From Candidatus Binatus sp. (GTDB lineage Bacteria; Desulfobacterota; Binatia; Binatales; Binataceae): a DNA stretch of 64,000 bases. This document shows positions 48,826 to 56,248 of this stretch, in pieces. The notes below the pieces were generated by a model, which had not been told where the DNA came from, searched no databases, and saw only the letters and a program-made list of their open reading frames with translations. Both the position numbers and the translations under genes were made by a program. Each line of letters opens with the position of its first letter. Within the stretch, counting starts at the first letter, position 1. The stretch is taken from positions 16,916-80,915 of the forward strand of contig NZ_DATCTO010000044.1 in the NCBI RefSeq assembly GCF_036567905.1, in the 5' to 3' direction.

Positions 48826-50558
48826 GTGGCCGGGGTGTATTGTTGAAATTCGCGGTTGAGGAAATACTGCTGGATCACTCCCAGCAAGTTCGACGAAAAA
48901 TAATACAATGCCAGTCCCGCCGGAAAGTTTATCAGCATGATAGTGAAAATCAGCGGCGTCAGCATCATCATCTTCTGCTGATTCGGATCCGGCGAGGTCG
49001 GCGTCATGTATTGCTGCAGGAAACTGGTCAGGCCCATCAGCAGCACCAGCACCGGCAGCCCGTGACAATGCACCATCGGCAACTGCGGCAGCCCCGGTAT
49101 ATGCAGGCAGTCGGGCGTTGACAAATCATTGATCCAGCCGACAAACGGCGCGTGACGCAGCTCGACCGAGTTCAGCAGCGCCTCGTACAGCCCGATGAAA
49201 ATCGGCAACTGCAGCGCCATCGGTGCGCACCCGCCCAGCGGGTTGACGTGATTGCGCTTGTAGAGATCCACCATCTCCTTCTGCAACTGCTCGTTGTTGT
49301 CCTTGTACTTCTCGCGCAGCCGCGTCATCTGCGGCTGCAGCCGCTGCATCTTCATCATCGAGCGCTGGCTTTTGATCGATATCGGCAGGAACGCAATCCG
49401 GATCGACACCGTCAACAAGATGATATCGACGCCGTAGTTGGGCGCGATGTAGTGAAATAACTTCAGCGCGCGCAGAAAAACGATCGCCAGGATTCCGAAG
49501 AAGCCGAAATCGATCGACTTGTGCAGCGCCGGATTTACCGCTTCCAGAGCCTCCAGCAGCTTCGGCCCCATGTAAATCTCGCTATGAATTCGCGCCGCGC
49601 CGTCGAACAGGACCCGCGCGATCGCCTCGTCACCCGCGTACGCCATCGCCAACGTGCCGCTGGTCGGCGCCACCGGCAGAAATACCGCCAGAAAGTATCG
49701 ATCGCCGAAGCCCGCGTACGTGATCGTGCCCGCCACCGGCGGCACTCCCTGCTTCATTTTTTTTTCGTTCTCGGTGTAAACCTTGTCGCCGACGTCGGCC
49801 TGCAGTTCCGGAATATCGTAGTACCCCTGATGCGCCGTTAGCGGCTGGCTCATCGACACGCCAATTTGATTCGGCGCCGGGCCGCCCGCGCCGGCGCCGG
49901 CCGCGATCGCCACGTCCATCGAAAACACGTAGCTGCTCGCGCGGAAGGTGAAAGTCTTGGTGATAGTAGTGCCGTCCGCCGCCCTGGCCACAAAGGTGGC
50001 CGTCGCGTCCGCTCCCGCAGCCGGCTTGATTTGCGCGGGCGCGGTCGTCGCGTAGCTCAAATCGCGGTCGTCGAGGAGCTGTCCGCCACGGGTCATCAAC
50101 GCGCCGAGCGGCAGAACCCCTCCCGGCGGGATCTGCACCATCTCGTAGGGCGGACTGTCCTTGGGCGCGTTTTGCCGGTAACGCCGCAGAATAAAACTCT
50201 TGAGCCGCGCGCCGCGAGTCGTGAACACCGCAACGTAAAAATCGGTATCGACCTCGACGGTTCTTTCGGGCCCCGCCGCCCCCGACGGCGCCATCGCGAC
50301 CGACTGCTGCCCGCTTTCGACCGCGCCGATGGCGACTGCCGCCGGAGCCGCAACTCCGCTGGCAGCCGCTCCAGGCGCTACCGCCTTGGCCGCTTTCGCC
50401 TGCTGCGCGGCCTGCTGCTGCTGTTCAGTAGGCGGCGGAAAAAATCGCTTCAGCACCAGCTCCTGGTAGGCGACTACCAGTACTATCGACAAAACTACCG
50501 CGATCAGAACTCGACTCGAATCCAAAATCAGTTCCTTATCTGCATCGGCGATCGCCAC
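48822..50558 (-). CDS. yidC: Membrane protein insertase YidC
   Basis: 578 aa with a large periplasmic domain and then the conserved core (RLQPQMTRLREKYKDN, GGCAPMALQLPIFIGLY, NFPAGLALYYFSSNL). Confidence 0.95.
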   Translation of the reverse strand: MAIADADKELILDSSRVLIAVVLSIVLVVAYQELVLKRFFPPPTEQQQQAAQQAKAAKAVAPGAAASGVAAPAAVAIGAVESGQQSVAMAPSGAAGPERTVEVDTDFYVAVFTTRGARLKSFILRRYRQNAPKDSPPYEMVQIPPGGVLPLGALMTRGGQLLDDRDLSYATTAPAQIKPAAGADATATFVARAADGTTITKTFTFRASSYVFSMDVAIAAGAGAGGPAPNQIGVSMSQPLTAHQGYYDIPELQADVGDKVYTENEKKMKQGVPPVAGTITYAGFGDRYFLAVFLPVAPTSGTLAMAYAGDEAIARVLFDGAARIHSEIYMGPKLLEALEAVNPALHKSIDFGFFGILAIVFLRALKLFHYIAPNYGVDIILLTVSIRIAFLPISIKSQRSMMKMQRLQPQMTRLREKYKDNNEQLQKEMVDLYKRNHVNPLGGCAPMALQLPIFIGLYEALLNSVELRHAPFVGWINDLSTPDCLHIPGLPQLPMVHCHGLPVLVLLMGLTSFLQQYMTPTSPDPNQQKMMMLTPLIFTIMLINFPAGLALYYFSSNLLGVIQQYFLNREFQQYTPAT

Positions 50559-50584
50559 GCGCGGGCTATTTCCTGACCAACCTG

Positions 50585-50679
50585 TTCTAACAGGGCGGAG
50601 CCCGCATCTTTCTTCTTCCTCACTAAGGTGCAGGGGTTACCCCTGCCCAAGGAAGTGTGAAACCCACGGCGGGTTTCAC
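50585..50679 (-). repeat. About 100-nt three-hairpin modular repeat, copy B
   Basis: Collinear with 26407-26504, with GCAGGGG-TTA-CCCCTGC and an identical GTGAAACCCACGGCGGGTTTCAC. It lies inside the yidD-yidC intergenic spacer. Confidence 0.7.
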
Positions 50680-50700
50680 ATACGATTTCGCATCTCCCCT

Positions 50701-50994
50701 TCATTGGTTCGCCTTCACCCCTGCCGCCGGCACGGGATCGTACCCATGCCCGCCCATCGGATTGCATCGCGCGATTCGCCAAATCGCCATCGCACCGCCC
50801 CGAATCGTCCCGTATTGCGCAATCGCGTCGCGCGCGTACACCGAGCAACTCGGCTCGAAGCGGCACGCCGGTCCGTTGAGCGCATGGATCACCGGCGAGA
50901 TCGCCGCGCGATAAATCGCCACGGCGCCAATCGCCACCAGCCGCGCCGACAACGACGCTTTCGATCGATCTGCTGTGTCTGCGCGCGGCATCAA
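50701..50994 (-). CDS. yidD: Membrane protein insertion efficiency factor YidD
   Basis: ACRFEPSCSVYARDAIAQYGTIRGGAMAIWRIARCNPMGGHGYDPVP is the YidD signature. It overlaps the rnpA stop by 4 nt. Confidence 0.9.
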   Translation of the reverse strand: MMPRADTADRSKASLSARLVAIGAVAIYRAAISPVIHALNGPACRFEPSCSVYARDAIAQYGTIRGGAMAIWRIARCNPMGGHGYDPVPAAGVKANQ

Positions 50995-51395
50995 TTGCGC
51001 CCGGCGAAAGCGCCTTTGGCTGCCATTCGTCCGCTCAGGTTGCGCGCCGCCATGGCAAGTTCATTGTTGATCGCCGCCGACGCGAGCGTGGCCGCGCCGG
51101 CGCGCGCGATTACGACTATCGACGTGCCCGCTGGAAGATCATCGCGAATCGCCCGTCTGAAAATCTCGCGCACGCGGCGCTTCACCCGGTTTCGCGCCAC
51201 CGCGATACCGACCCGGCGCGACACCGTCACGCCCAGCCGCGAGCGCGCCGGCTCGCCGTCCTGATTACCCGCCAGATTACCGGCATAGACCACGAAGTGG
51301 GGGCTCTGGAATCGCACGCCGGCGCGCTGGAGGCGGATGAATTCCGCGCTTCGATGCAGCCGGTCTGCCGCCGCGAAGCTCAATGATGTGCGCAC
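50991..51395 (-). CDS. rnpA: Ribonuclease P protein component
   Basis: 134 aa, basic, with LHRSAEFIRLQRAG and GITVSRRVG..AVARNRVKRRVRE motifs, positioned between rpmH and yidD. GTG start. Confidence 0.85.
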   Translation of the reverse strand: MRTSLSFAAADRLHRSAEFIRLQRAGVRFQSPHFVVYAGNLAGNQDGEPARSRLGVTVSRRVGIAVARNRVKRRVREIFRRAIRDDLPAGTSIVVIARAGAATLASAAINNELAMAARNLSGRMAAKGAFAGRN

Positions 51396-51400
51396 GGAGG

Positions 51401-51559
51401 TTAGCCCGGCTGCTTGGGCGGTATCGAGATTGCCAGACGCGTGCGGCCTTTGGCGCGGCGGCGCTTGAGCACCTTGCGTCCGCCCGGCGTGGCCATCCGC
51501 GCCAGGAATCCATGGGTTCGTTTGCGTCGGCGGTTGTGAGGCTGGTAGGTCCTTTTCAT
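51401..51559 (-). CDS. rpmH: 50S ribosomal protein L34
   Basis: [39 protein letters not shown], the canonical L34 sequence. Trimmed from the 51401..51694 track ORF to the ATG at 51559. Confidence 0.95.
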   Translation of the reverse strand: MKRTYQPHNRRRKRTHGFLARMATPGGRKVLKRRRAKGRTRLAISIPPKQPG

Positions 51560-51784
51560 TGCTCGTGGCTCGCGGCCAAAAAAACCTTCACTCGGGTTTG
51601 TATTCAGACCGATTCGATTCGGTTGCAGGTCGAGGGTCTTTCGTTGCGGCTCGATTTTTTTGGATGGATTACTGTTTCGATCGACCCCGAACACGCAATC
51701 GAACCATACCGCGCGCCTTTGAGCAAGCGCTCAATTGTGCGCGGCGCTCGAAATGTCGCCATCGCGTGCGCGACTTTAAAGATT

Positions 51785-52588
51785 TCAGATGCCGTATTGG
51801 TCGAGCAGGGCTTGGCGCAGCCTGGTGAAATGGATCGAGCCAGCCTGATACTGAACCTTTTGCTCAGTGGATAGACGCGCGCGATCGAGGCCGGTTTGAC
51901 GCCAAAAGTCGTCCGCCGCCGCACGGGTGGCCGAGCCGAGGCGATGTCCGGCGGTCTGTTTCGTCTCGCGCTCGATCTCACGGAAAAATTTCAGCGCGGT
52001 GTTGCGCGGATACATCGCCAGGCTCACCGTGATGTCGGCAGCCAGTTCGAGCGGATCGTCGAGATGCGATTCGAAGCCGGTATAGAGCGAAGGGAGCGGC
52101 GGATGCGCGCCCATCCCGAACAGTCTCGCGGTCACATGATGGCCGACCTCGTGGCCAAACGCCATTGCCGCCGCGGTGCGATGATGCGCGGCGTTGACGC
52201 AGATCAGCGGGCGCTTTTTCAATCCGGGGCCACGGCTCAAATAAAAGCCCCACAGCGCCAGCCCGGAAGGCCACGACAGTTTGGCAATCCGGAAATCGGC
52301 GCCCAGGCACGCGCTCATGCTCGAGGCTCGCTCGCATAGTTCGCTCATCGAACCGTACCGGATCGGCTCCTGGTTCAAGCGGGGCTCTGCCTTGCGGACC
52401 TCCCGGATAATTTCGCGCACTTCAGCACGGTTGAAACAGCTGCGTAGCGAATGGCCGTACTCACGACGGGTAATTTCGTTTCGTGCGGTCGGAAATGCGG
52501 GCAGCCGGCGACGGCGGGTATGGTCGGCGGCGGCGAAAACCTCGCCCGCAAGACCATCGACGGTCGCGATGAGCCTGTTCGTAGCCAT
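51785..52588 (-). CDS. ImmA/IrrE-family (DUF955-like) zinc metallopeptidase
   Basis: 267 aa. PLICVNAAHHRTAAAMAFGHEVGHHV gives the HExxH motif in the usual ImmA context. No HTH/XRE gene is adjacent. Confidence 0.55.
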   Translation of the reverse strand: MATNRLIATVDGLAGEVFAAADHTRRRRLPAFPTARNEITRREYGHSLRSCFNRAEVREIIREVRKAEPRLNQEPIRYGSMSELCERASSMSACLGADFRIAKLSWPSGLALWGFYLSRGPGLKKRPLICVNAAHHRTAAAMAFGHEVGHHVTARLFGMGAHPPLPSLYTGFESHLDDPLELAADITVSLAMYPRNTALKFFREIERETKQTAGHRLGSATRAAADDFWRQTGLDRARLSTEQKVQYQAGSIHFTRLRQALLDQYGI

Positions 52589-52730
52589 GCCGGTTAGTGT
52601 TCCCCCAAGCCGCTGACAAGTCTCTATAGCAAAAAGTGCTAAATTAGTCCAAGAGGGGCAATCAGTCGGTCAAACAAGCCGCTTTGTCGCAATTCCAGCC
52701 ACAAGGACGGAGGGCTGCCGACGCTTCCGC

Positions 52731-52997
52731 CTACTGCGCCTTGAGCCGCGGATCGTCGGCCTGCACGCAAATCGAGTACGAATACCGCTCGACGTAAGCG
52801 TTGCCGCCATCGCTCTTCTCCGCTTCGATCACGATCGCCCGATAATTTTCGCAGCTCTCCTGCGAGGTGAAACTATCGACCCGCTCCCACTGCGACAGCG
52901 GCGTCTGGCGCTGCAATCCATCCCGCGCACAATCCACCGATGGCGCCATCAGGAGCCAACCGGTCAACGCGACCGCCGCGATATCTCCAAACTTCAT
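52731..52997 (-). CDS. Small secreted protein of unknown function
   Basis: 88 aa from the ATG at 52997 (MKFGDIAAVALTGWLLMAPSVDC signal-like), with 3 further Cys. I recognise no family. Confidence 0.4.
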   Translation of the reverse strand: MKFGDIAAVALTGWLLMAPSVDCARDGLQRQTPLSQWERVDSFTSQESCENYRAIVIEAEKSDGGNAYVERYSYSICVQADDPRLKAQ

Positions 52998-53066
52998 CGG
53001 CTTGCTTATCGCTATATTCTTACCCGCCCGCAAGATTTGAGGAGCCCAGACTCTGAAACAGAACTG

Positions 53067-53179
53067 GTGTCATTTTGAGCGAAAGCTGCTGTAGCGAAGA
53101 ATCTCGACGGGCGCTCCGGCGTCCGGCGCCCGTAGCACGCGCTCGCGCGCGAGATCCTTCGCTTCGCTCAGGATGACAC
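53067..53179. repeat. 113-bp composite palindromic element
   Basis: GTGTCATTTTGAGCG...GAAGAATCTC (forward), the central hairpin ACGGGCGC / GCGCCCGT, and GAGATCCTTCGCTTCGCTCAGGATGACAC (reverse). Confidence 0.7.
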
Positions 53180-53186
53180 AAAAAAA

Positions 53187-53544
53187 GTTCTAGCAGGGAC
53201 GAAGTCCCGCATCCTTATCTTAGCCTCGGGCGCAGGGGTCACCCCTGGCCGTGGCGACGGCAGCGCAGCGAATTAATACTGGCCCGTCGTGCCAACGACC
53301 GCCCGCCAACGGGCAGGGCTGAGCTGCACCCGGTATTAATGCCGGGCTCCGTTGTCGCGCGCGGTCTCTTCTATAGTGTAGTCGCGAAAAGATGCGCCGC
53401 GCAGATTTTCACGTCTTCTCACTGCGGGTGCAGGGGCCGCAGCCCCTGCCCGTGGCGACGGCAGCGCAGTATTAAGCCGTTGGCAGGGGCCCGCGCCCGC
53501 CAACGGCGGGCGGCCTTAATACTGGGTGCAGGGCTCACCCCTGC
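53187..53544. repeat. Cluster of repeat modules filling the intergenic region
   Basis: The head of the three-hairpin repeat (GTTCTAGCAGGGACGAAGTCCCGCATCC); three GCAGGGG-loop-CCCCTGC hairpins (53232, 53429, 53528); the 20-mer CCGTGGCGACGGCAGCGCAG twice (53249, 53450); GCCCGCCAACGG twice; TTAATACTGG/ATTAA cores four times. Confidence 0.65.
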
Positions 53545-54444
53545 TCAGCCGATGATTTTGTTGAGCGGGAACTCGACGATGCCGACGGCGCCGGCTTCGA
53601 GCAGCTTGGGGAACAGCTCGCGCACCGTGTGCTCGGCGATGACGGTCTCGACCCCGAGCCATTCCACGCCTTTGAGCGCGGGAGACGGGTAGAGGTGCGA
53701 GATGGTGGGCGCGGTGATCGACGGCAGCAGCGCGATCACTTTTTCGAGGTTGTCTTTGGCGACGTTCAACTTGATGAAGACCCGGCTGTCGGCGTCGAGC
53801 GCGCCGCGAATCAGTATCCCGAGCTGGCGAATCTTGGCCTGCTTCCAGGCGACGGTCCATGCGGCAGGATTGGCGACCAGCACGGGATTCGAGACCAGCA
53901 ATTCCTCGACGATGCGCAGTCCGTTGGCGCGCAGCGAGGAGCCGGTCTCGGTTACGTCGATGGCGGCGTCGATGATTCCCTCGGCGACTTTGGCCTCGGT
54001 GGCGCCCCATGAAAATTCAACTTCTGCTTTGACTTTGCGCTCGGCCAGGATTCGCGTGACGAACTGCACCATCTCGGTCGCGATTCGCTTGCCCTGGAGG
54101 TCCTCGAGCCGCTTGACCGGCGAATCATTGCGCACGCATAGCACCCATCGCGAAGGCGTCAACGTGGCCTTGGCGTACACGAAGCTCTCGACCTGATGGA
54201 GGGTCACGTTGTTCTCGACGATCCAGTCGCTGCCGGTGATGCCCGCGTCGAGCGAGCCGTCGGCGATGTAGCGGGGCATCTCCTGCGGGCGCAGGATGCG
54301 GCAACTGAGCGTGGGATCGTCGGTGGTCGGAATATAGGAGCGCGAGCCGACCGTGATGCGCCATCCGGATTTGTGCATCAGCTCGAGCGTCTGCTGCTCG
54401 AGGCTGCCCTTGGGGATGCCGAATTTCAGGACTTGATCAGGCAT
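53545..54444 (-). CDS. hisG: ATP phosphoribosyltransferase (long form)
   Basis: 299 aa from the ATG at 54444 (MPDQVLKFGIPKGSLEQ), with DAGITGSDW and a C-terminal regulatory-domain length. Confidence 0.9.
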   Translation of the reverse strand: MPDQVLKFGIPKGSLEQQTLELMHKSGWRITVGSRSYIPTTDDPTLSCRILRPQEMPRYIADGSLDAGITGSDWIVENNVTLHQVESFVYAKATLTPSRWVLCVRNDSPVKRLEDLQGKRIATEMVQFVTRILAERKVKAEVEFSWGATEAKVAEGIIDAAIDVTETGSSLRANGLRIVEELLVSNPVLVANPAAWTVAWKQAKIRQLGILIRGALDADSRVFIKLNVAKDNLEKVIALLPSITAPTISHLYPSPALKGVEWLGVETVIAEHTVRELFPKLLEAGAVGIVEFPLNKIIG

Positions 54445-54467
54445 GTGGCTTTTTTTCCCGATTGCGA

Positions 54468-54935
54468 TCAACCCGCCGGCTTCTTAACGTCATGGCTGGC
54501 GCCGGGCTTGGACTGATGCCCATAGCCGGGGCCGTATTTGGCGGGATCGACTTTGCGTGGCTCGACGATTTTCCATGCGCCGGCGTCGAGCTTGCGAAAA
54601 AAGCACGACTCGTAGCCCATGTGGCATGCGGCGCCGTCGCCGAGCTGCTCGACGGCGACTACGAGCGCGTCGGCGTCGCAGTCGATGCGAATCTCGCGGA
54701 CGAGTTGAAAATTCCCCGACTCTTCGCCCTTGCGCCAAAGCTTGTTGCGCGAGCGCGAGAAGTAACAGGCGCGGCCGGTGGCGACCGTCTCGTCGAACGC
54801 TTCGCGGTTCATGTAGGCGACGGTCAGGACGCGGTGGCTCAGGTGGTCGACGGCGATTGCGGCGACGACGCCGCCGTTTTTGTCGAAATCGATTGCCGCC
54901 GATGCGGGAGCTGCTTTTTGTGCCTGCGTTGCCAT
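54468..54935 (-). CDS. hisI: Phosphoribosyl-AMP cyclohydrolase
   Basis: [38 protein letters not shown] and [23 protein letters not shown] motifs. Start placed at the ATG at 54935. Confidence 0.9.
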   Translation of the reverse strand: MATQAQKAAPASAAIDFDKNGGVVAAIAVDHLSHRVLTVAYMNREAFDETVATGRACYFSRSRNKLWRKGEESGNFQLVREIRIDCDADALVVAVEQLGDGAACHMGYESCFFRKLDAGAWKIVEPRKVDPAKYGPGYGHQSKPGASHDVKKPAG

Positions 54936-55166
54936 TGCCGCCACCGGGTTGAAATAGCGCCAGTGAAAAATAAATCGAAAATTACGCTTGCGAATCAAGA
55001 AGTATCGGTTAAACCCCGGCGCGATTCAATCTGCATTGTTGCCGGAAGGTAACCAAGCTGTTTTCAATTTGTGACAACGCGAGTAGATTACCGGACGAGG
55101 TCAGCCGAGTTTCCGATTAACTTGCCCGGCAGTTTGCCCAGCCCATCGCGCGGCTCACGATCAGAG

Positions 55167-56030
55167 ATGCACCCGGTCCCGACATTGAGATTGGCCAGAC
55201 TTTGGATGGTGGCGATTGCGCTTGCTACGTCGATGCTCGCGTGCCGGATTCCCGGCAAATCGATCGAGTCGAGTTACAAGAACGTCGATCAATTCAACTT
55301 CGATGTCGCGATGGGCCCCAAGAATTACCATATCGAGGGCTACCTGACGCGCAGCGCGGGGCAGGGACGGCGGCCCGGGCTGCTGGTGCTCAACGGGGGC
55401 GAGGGCGACGTCGATCGATGCGTGAAGATGAGCCAGGATATCGCGGCGATGGGTATCCAGGTCGCGTGCGTGAATGTCCCGGGCTACGGCAGATCGTCAG
55501 GGCCGAGCCGATTCGTGGGGCAGCCGTCGGTGGTGGCGTCGCTGCGGGCGCTGGACCTGCTGGCGGGGCGCACCGACGTTGACTCGACGCGGCTGGCGGT
55601 GTGGGGACTCGGCCATGGCGCGGTCGCGGCGGGTCTGTTGATGGACTACGACTCGCGCCCGCGCGCGCTCATCCTGCAATCGGGATGTTACGATCCGATC
55701 ACGCTATGGCCGCAAGCGACGCTGCGCACCAAGCTGTCGATCCTGCGCGAAGTATGGCCGAGCAGGCGAATCCTGAAAGAGCGCAGCGTGATCGCGAATT
55801 TGCCGCGCAAGCTCGAGTGCAGCGTGCTGATCATGCATGGCGAGCGGGATAATCGGGTGCCGGTGGGGCAGGCGGTCAAGCTCGCCGACGCATTGCGCGT
55901 GCGCGGCGCCAAGGTATCGACGCGCTATTTCCCGCAAGCGTCGCACGACCTCGGCAAGTGCGTCGAGCCCGAACTGCGCGCATTTCTGCGCGACAATCTG
56001 CTCGATACGAATCGCGCCGCCGCTTCGTGA
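55167..56030 (+). CDS. Alpha/beta-fold (dienelactone hydrolase/S9-like) lipoprotein with an atypical nucleophile elbow
   Basis: Signal peptide plus lipobox (ATSMLAC) from the ATG at 55167. The elbow reads VWGLGHGAVAAG (G-L-G-H-G, no Ser). HGERDNRVP (Asp) and QASHDL (His) are retained. Confidence 0.7.
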   Translation: MHPVPTLRLARLWMVAIALATSMLACRIPGKSIESSYKNVDQFNFDVAMGPKNYHIEGYLTRSAGQGRRPGLLVLNGGEGDVDRCVKMSQDIAAMGIQVACVNVPGYGRSSGPSRFVGQPSVVASLRALDLLAGRTDVDSTRLAVWGLGHGAVAAGLLMDYDSRPRALILQSGCYDPITLWPQATLRTKLSILREVWPSRRILKERSVIANLPRKLECSVLIMHGERDNRVPVGQAVKLADALRVRGAKVSTRYFPQASHDLGKCVEPELRAFLRDNLLDTNRAAAS

Positions 56031-56248
56031 CGCGTCGCCTCGGCGGCTGTTGACCTCAATTCCGCGCGCGTAAATCAATCAGGCGTGGCTAAACCCAGCG
56101 TCGTTGCGGGACGGTACGATTTTGTCTTGCCTTACGGCGGGCGCAGCGATTTTATCAGCAGGTAACTTCATTCATTCGTAGTCTGACCTGCGCTGCTTCG
56201 GGGGCGGCGCAGGCCAACGCAACCACCCCGTGCGACGGAGGGGAAATC

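Noticed and set aside
53034-53544. Possible CRISPR array in the repeat-dense spacer.
   Set aside because: The repeats are heterogeneous modules of different lengths with no constant repeat/spacer periodicity. Many are palindromic hairpins also dispersed elsewhere in the window, and there are no cas genes.
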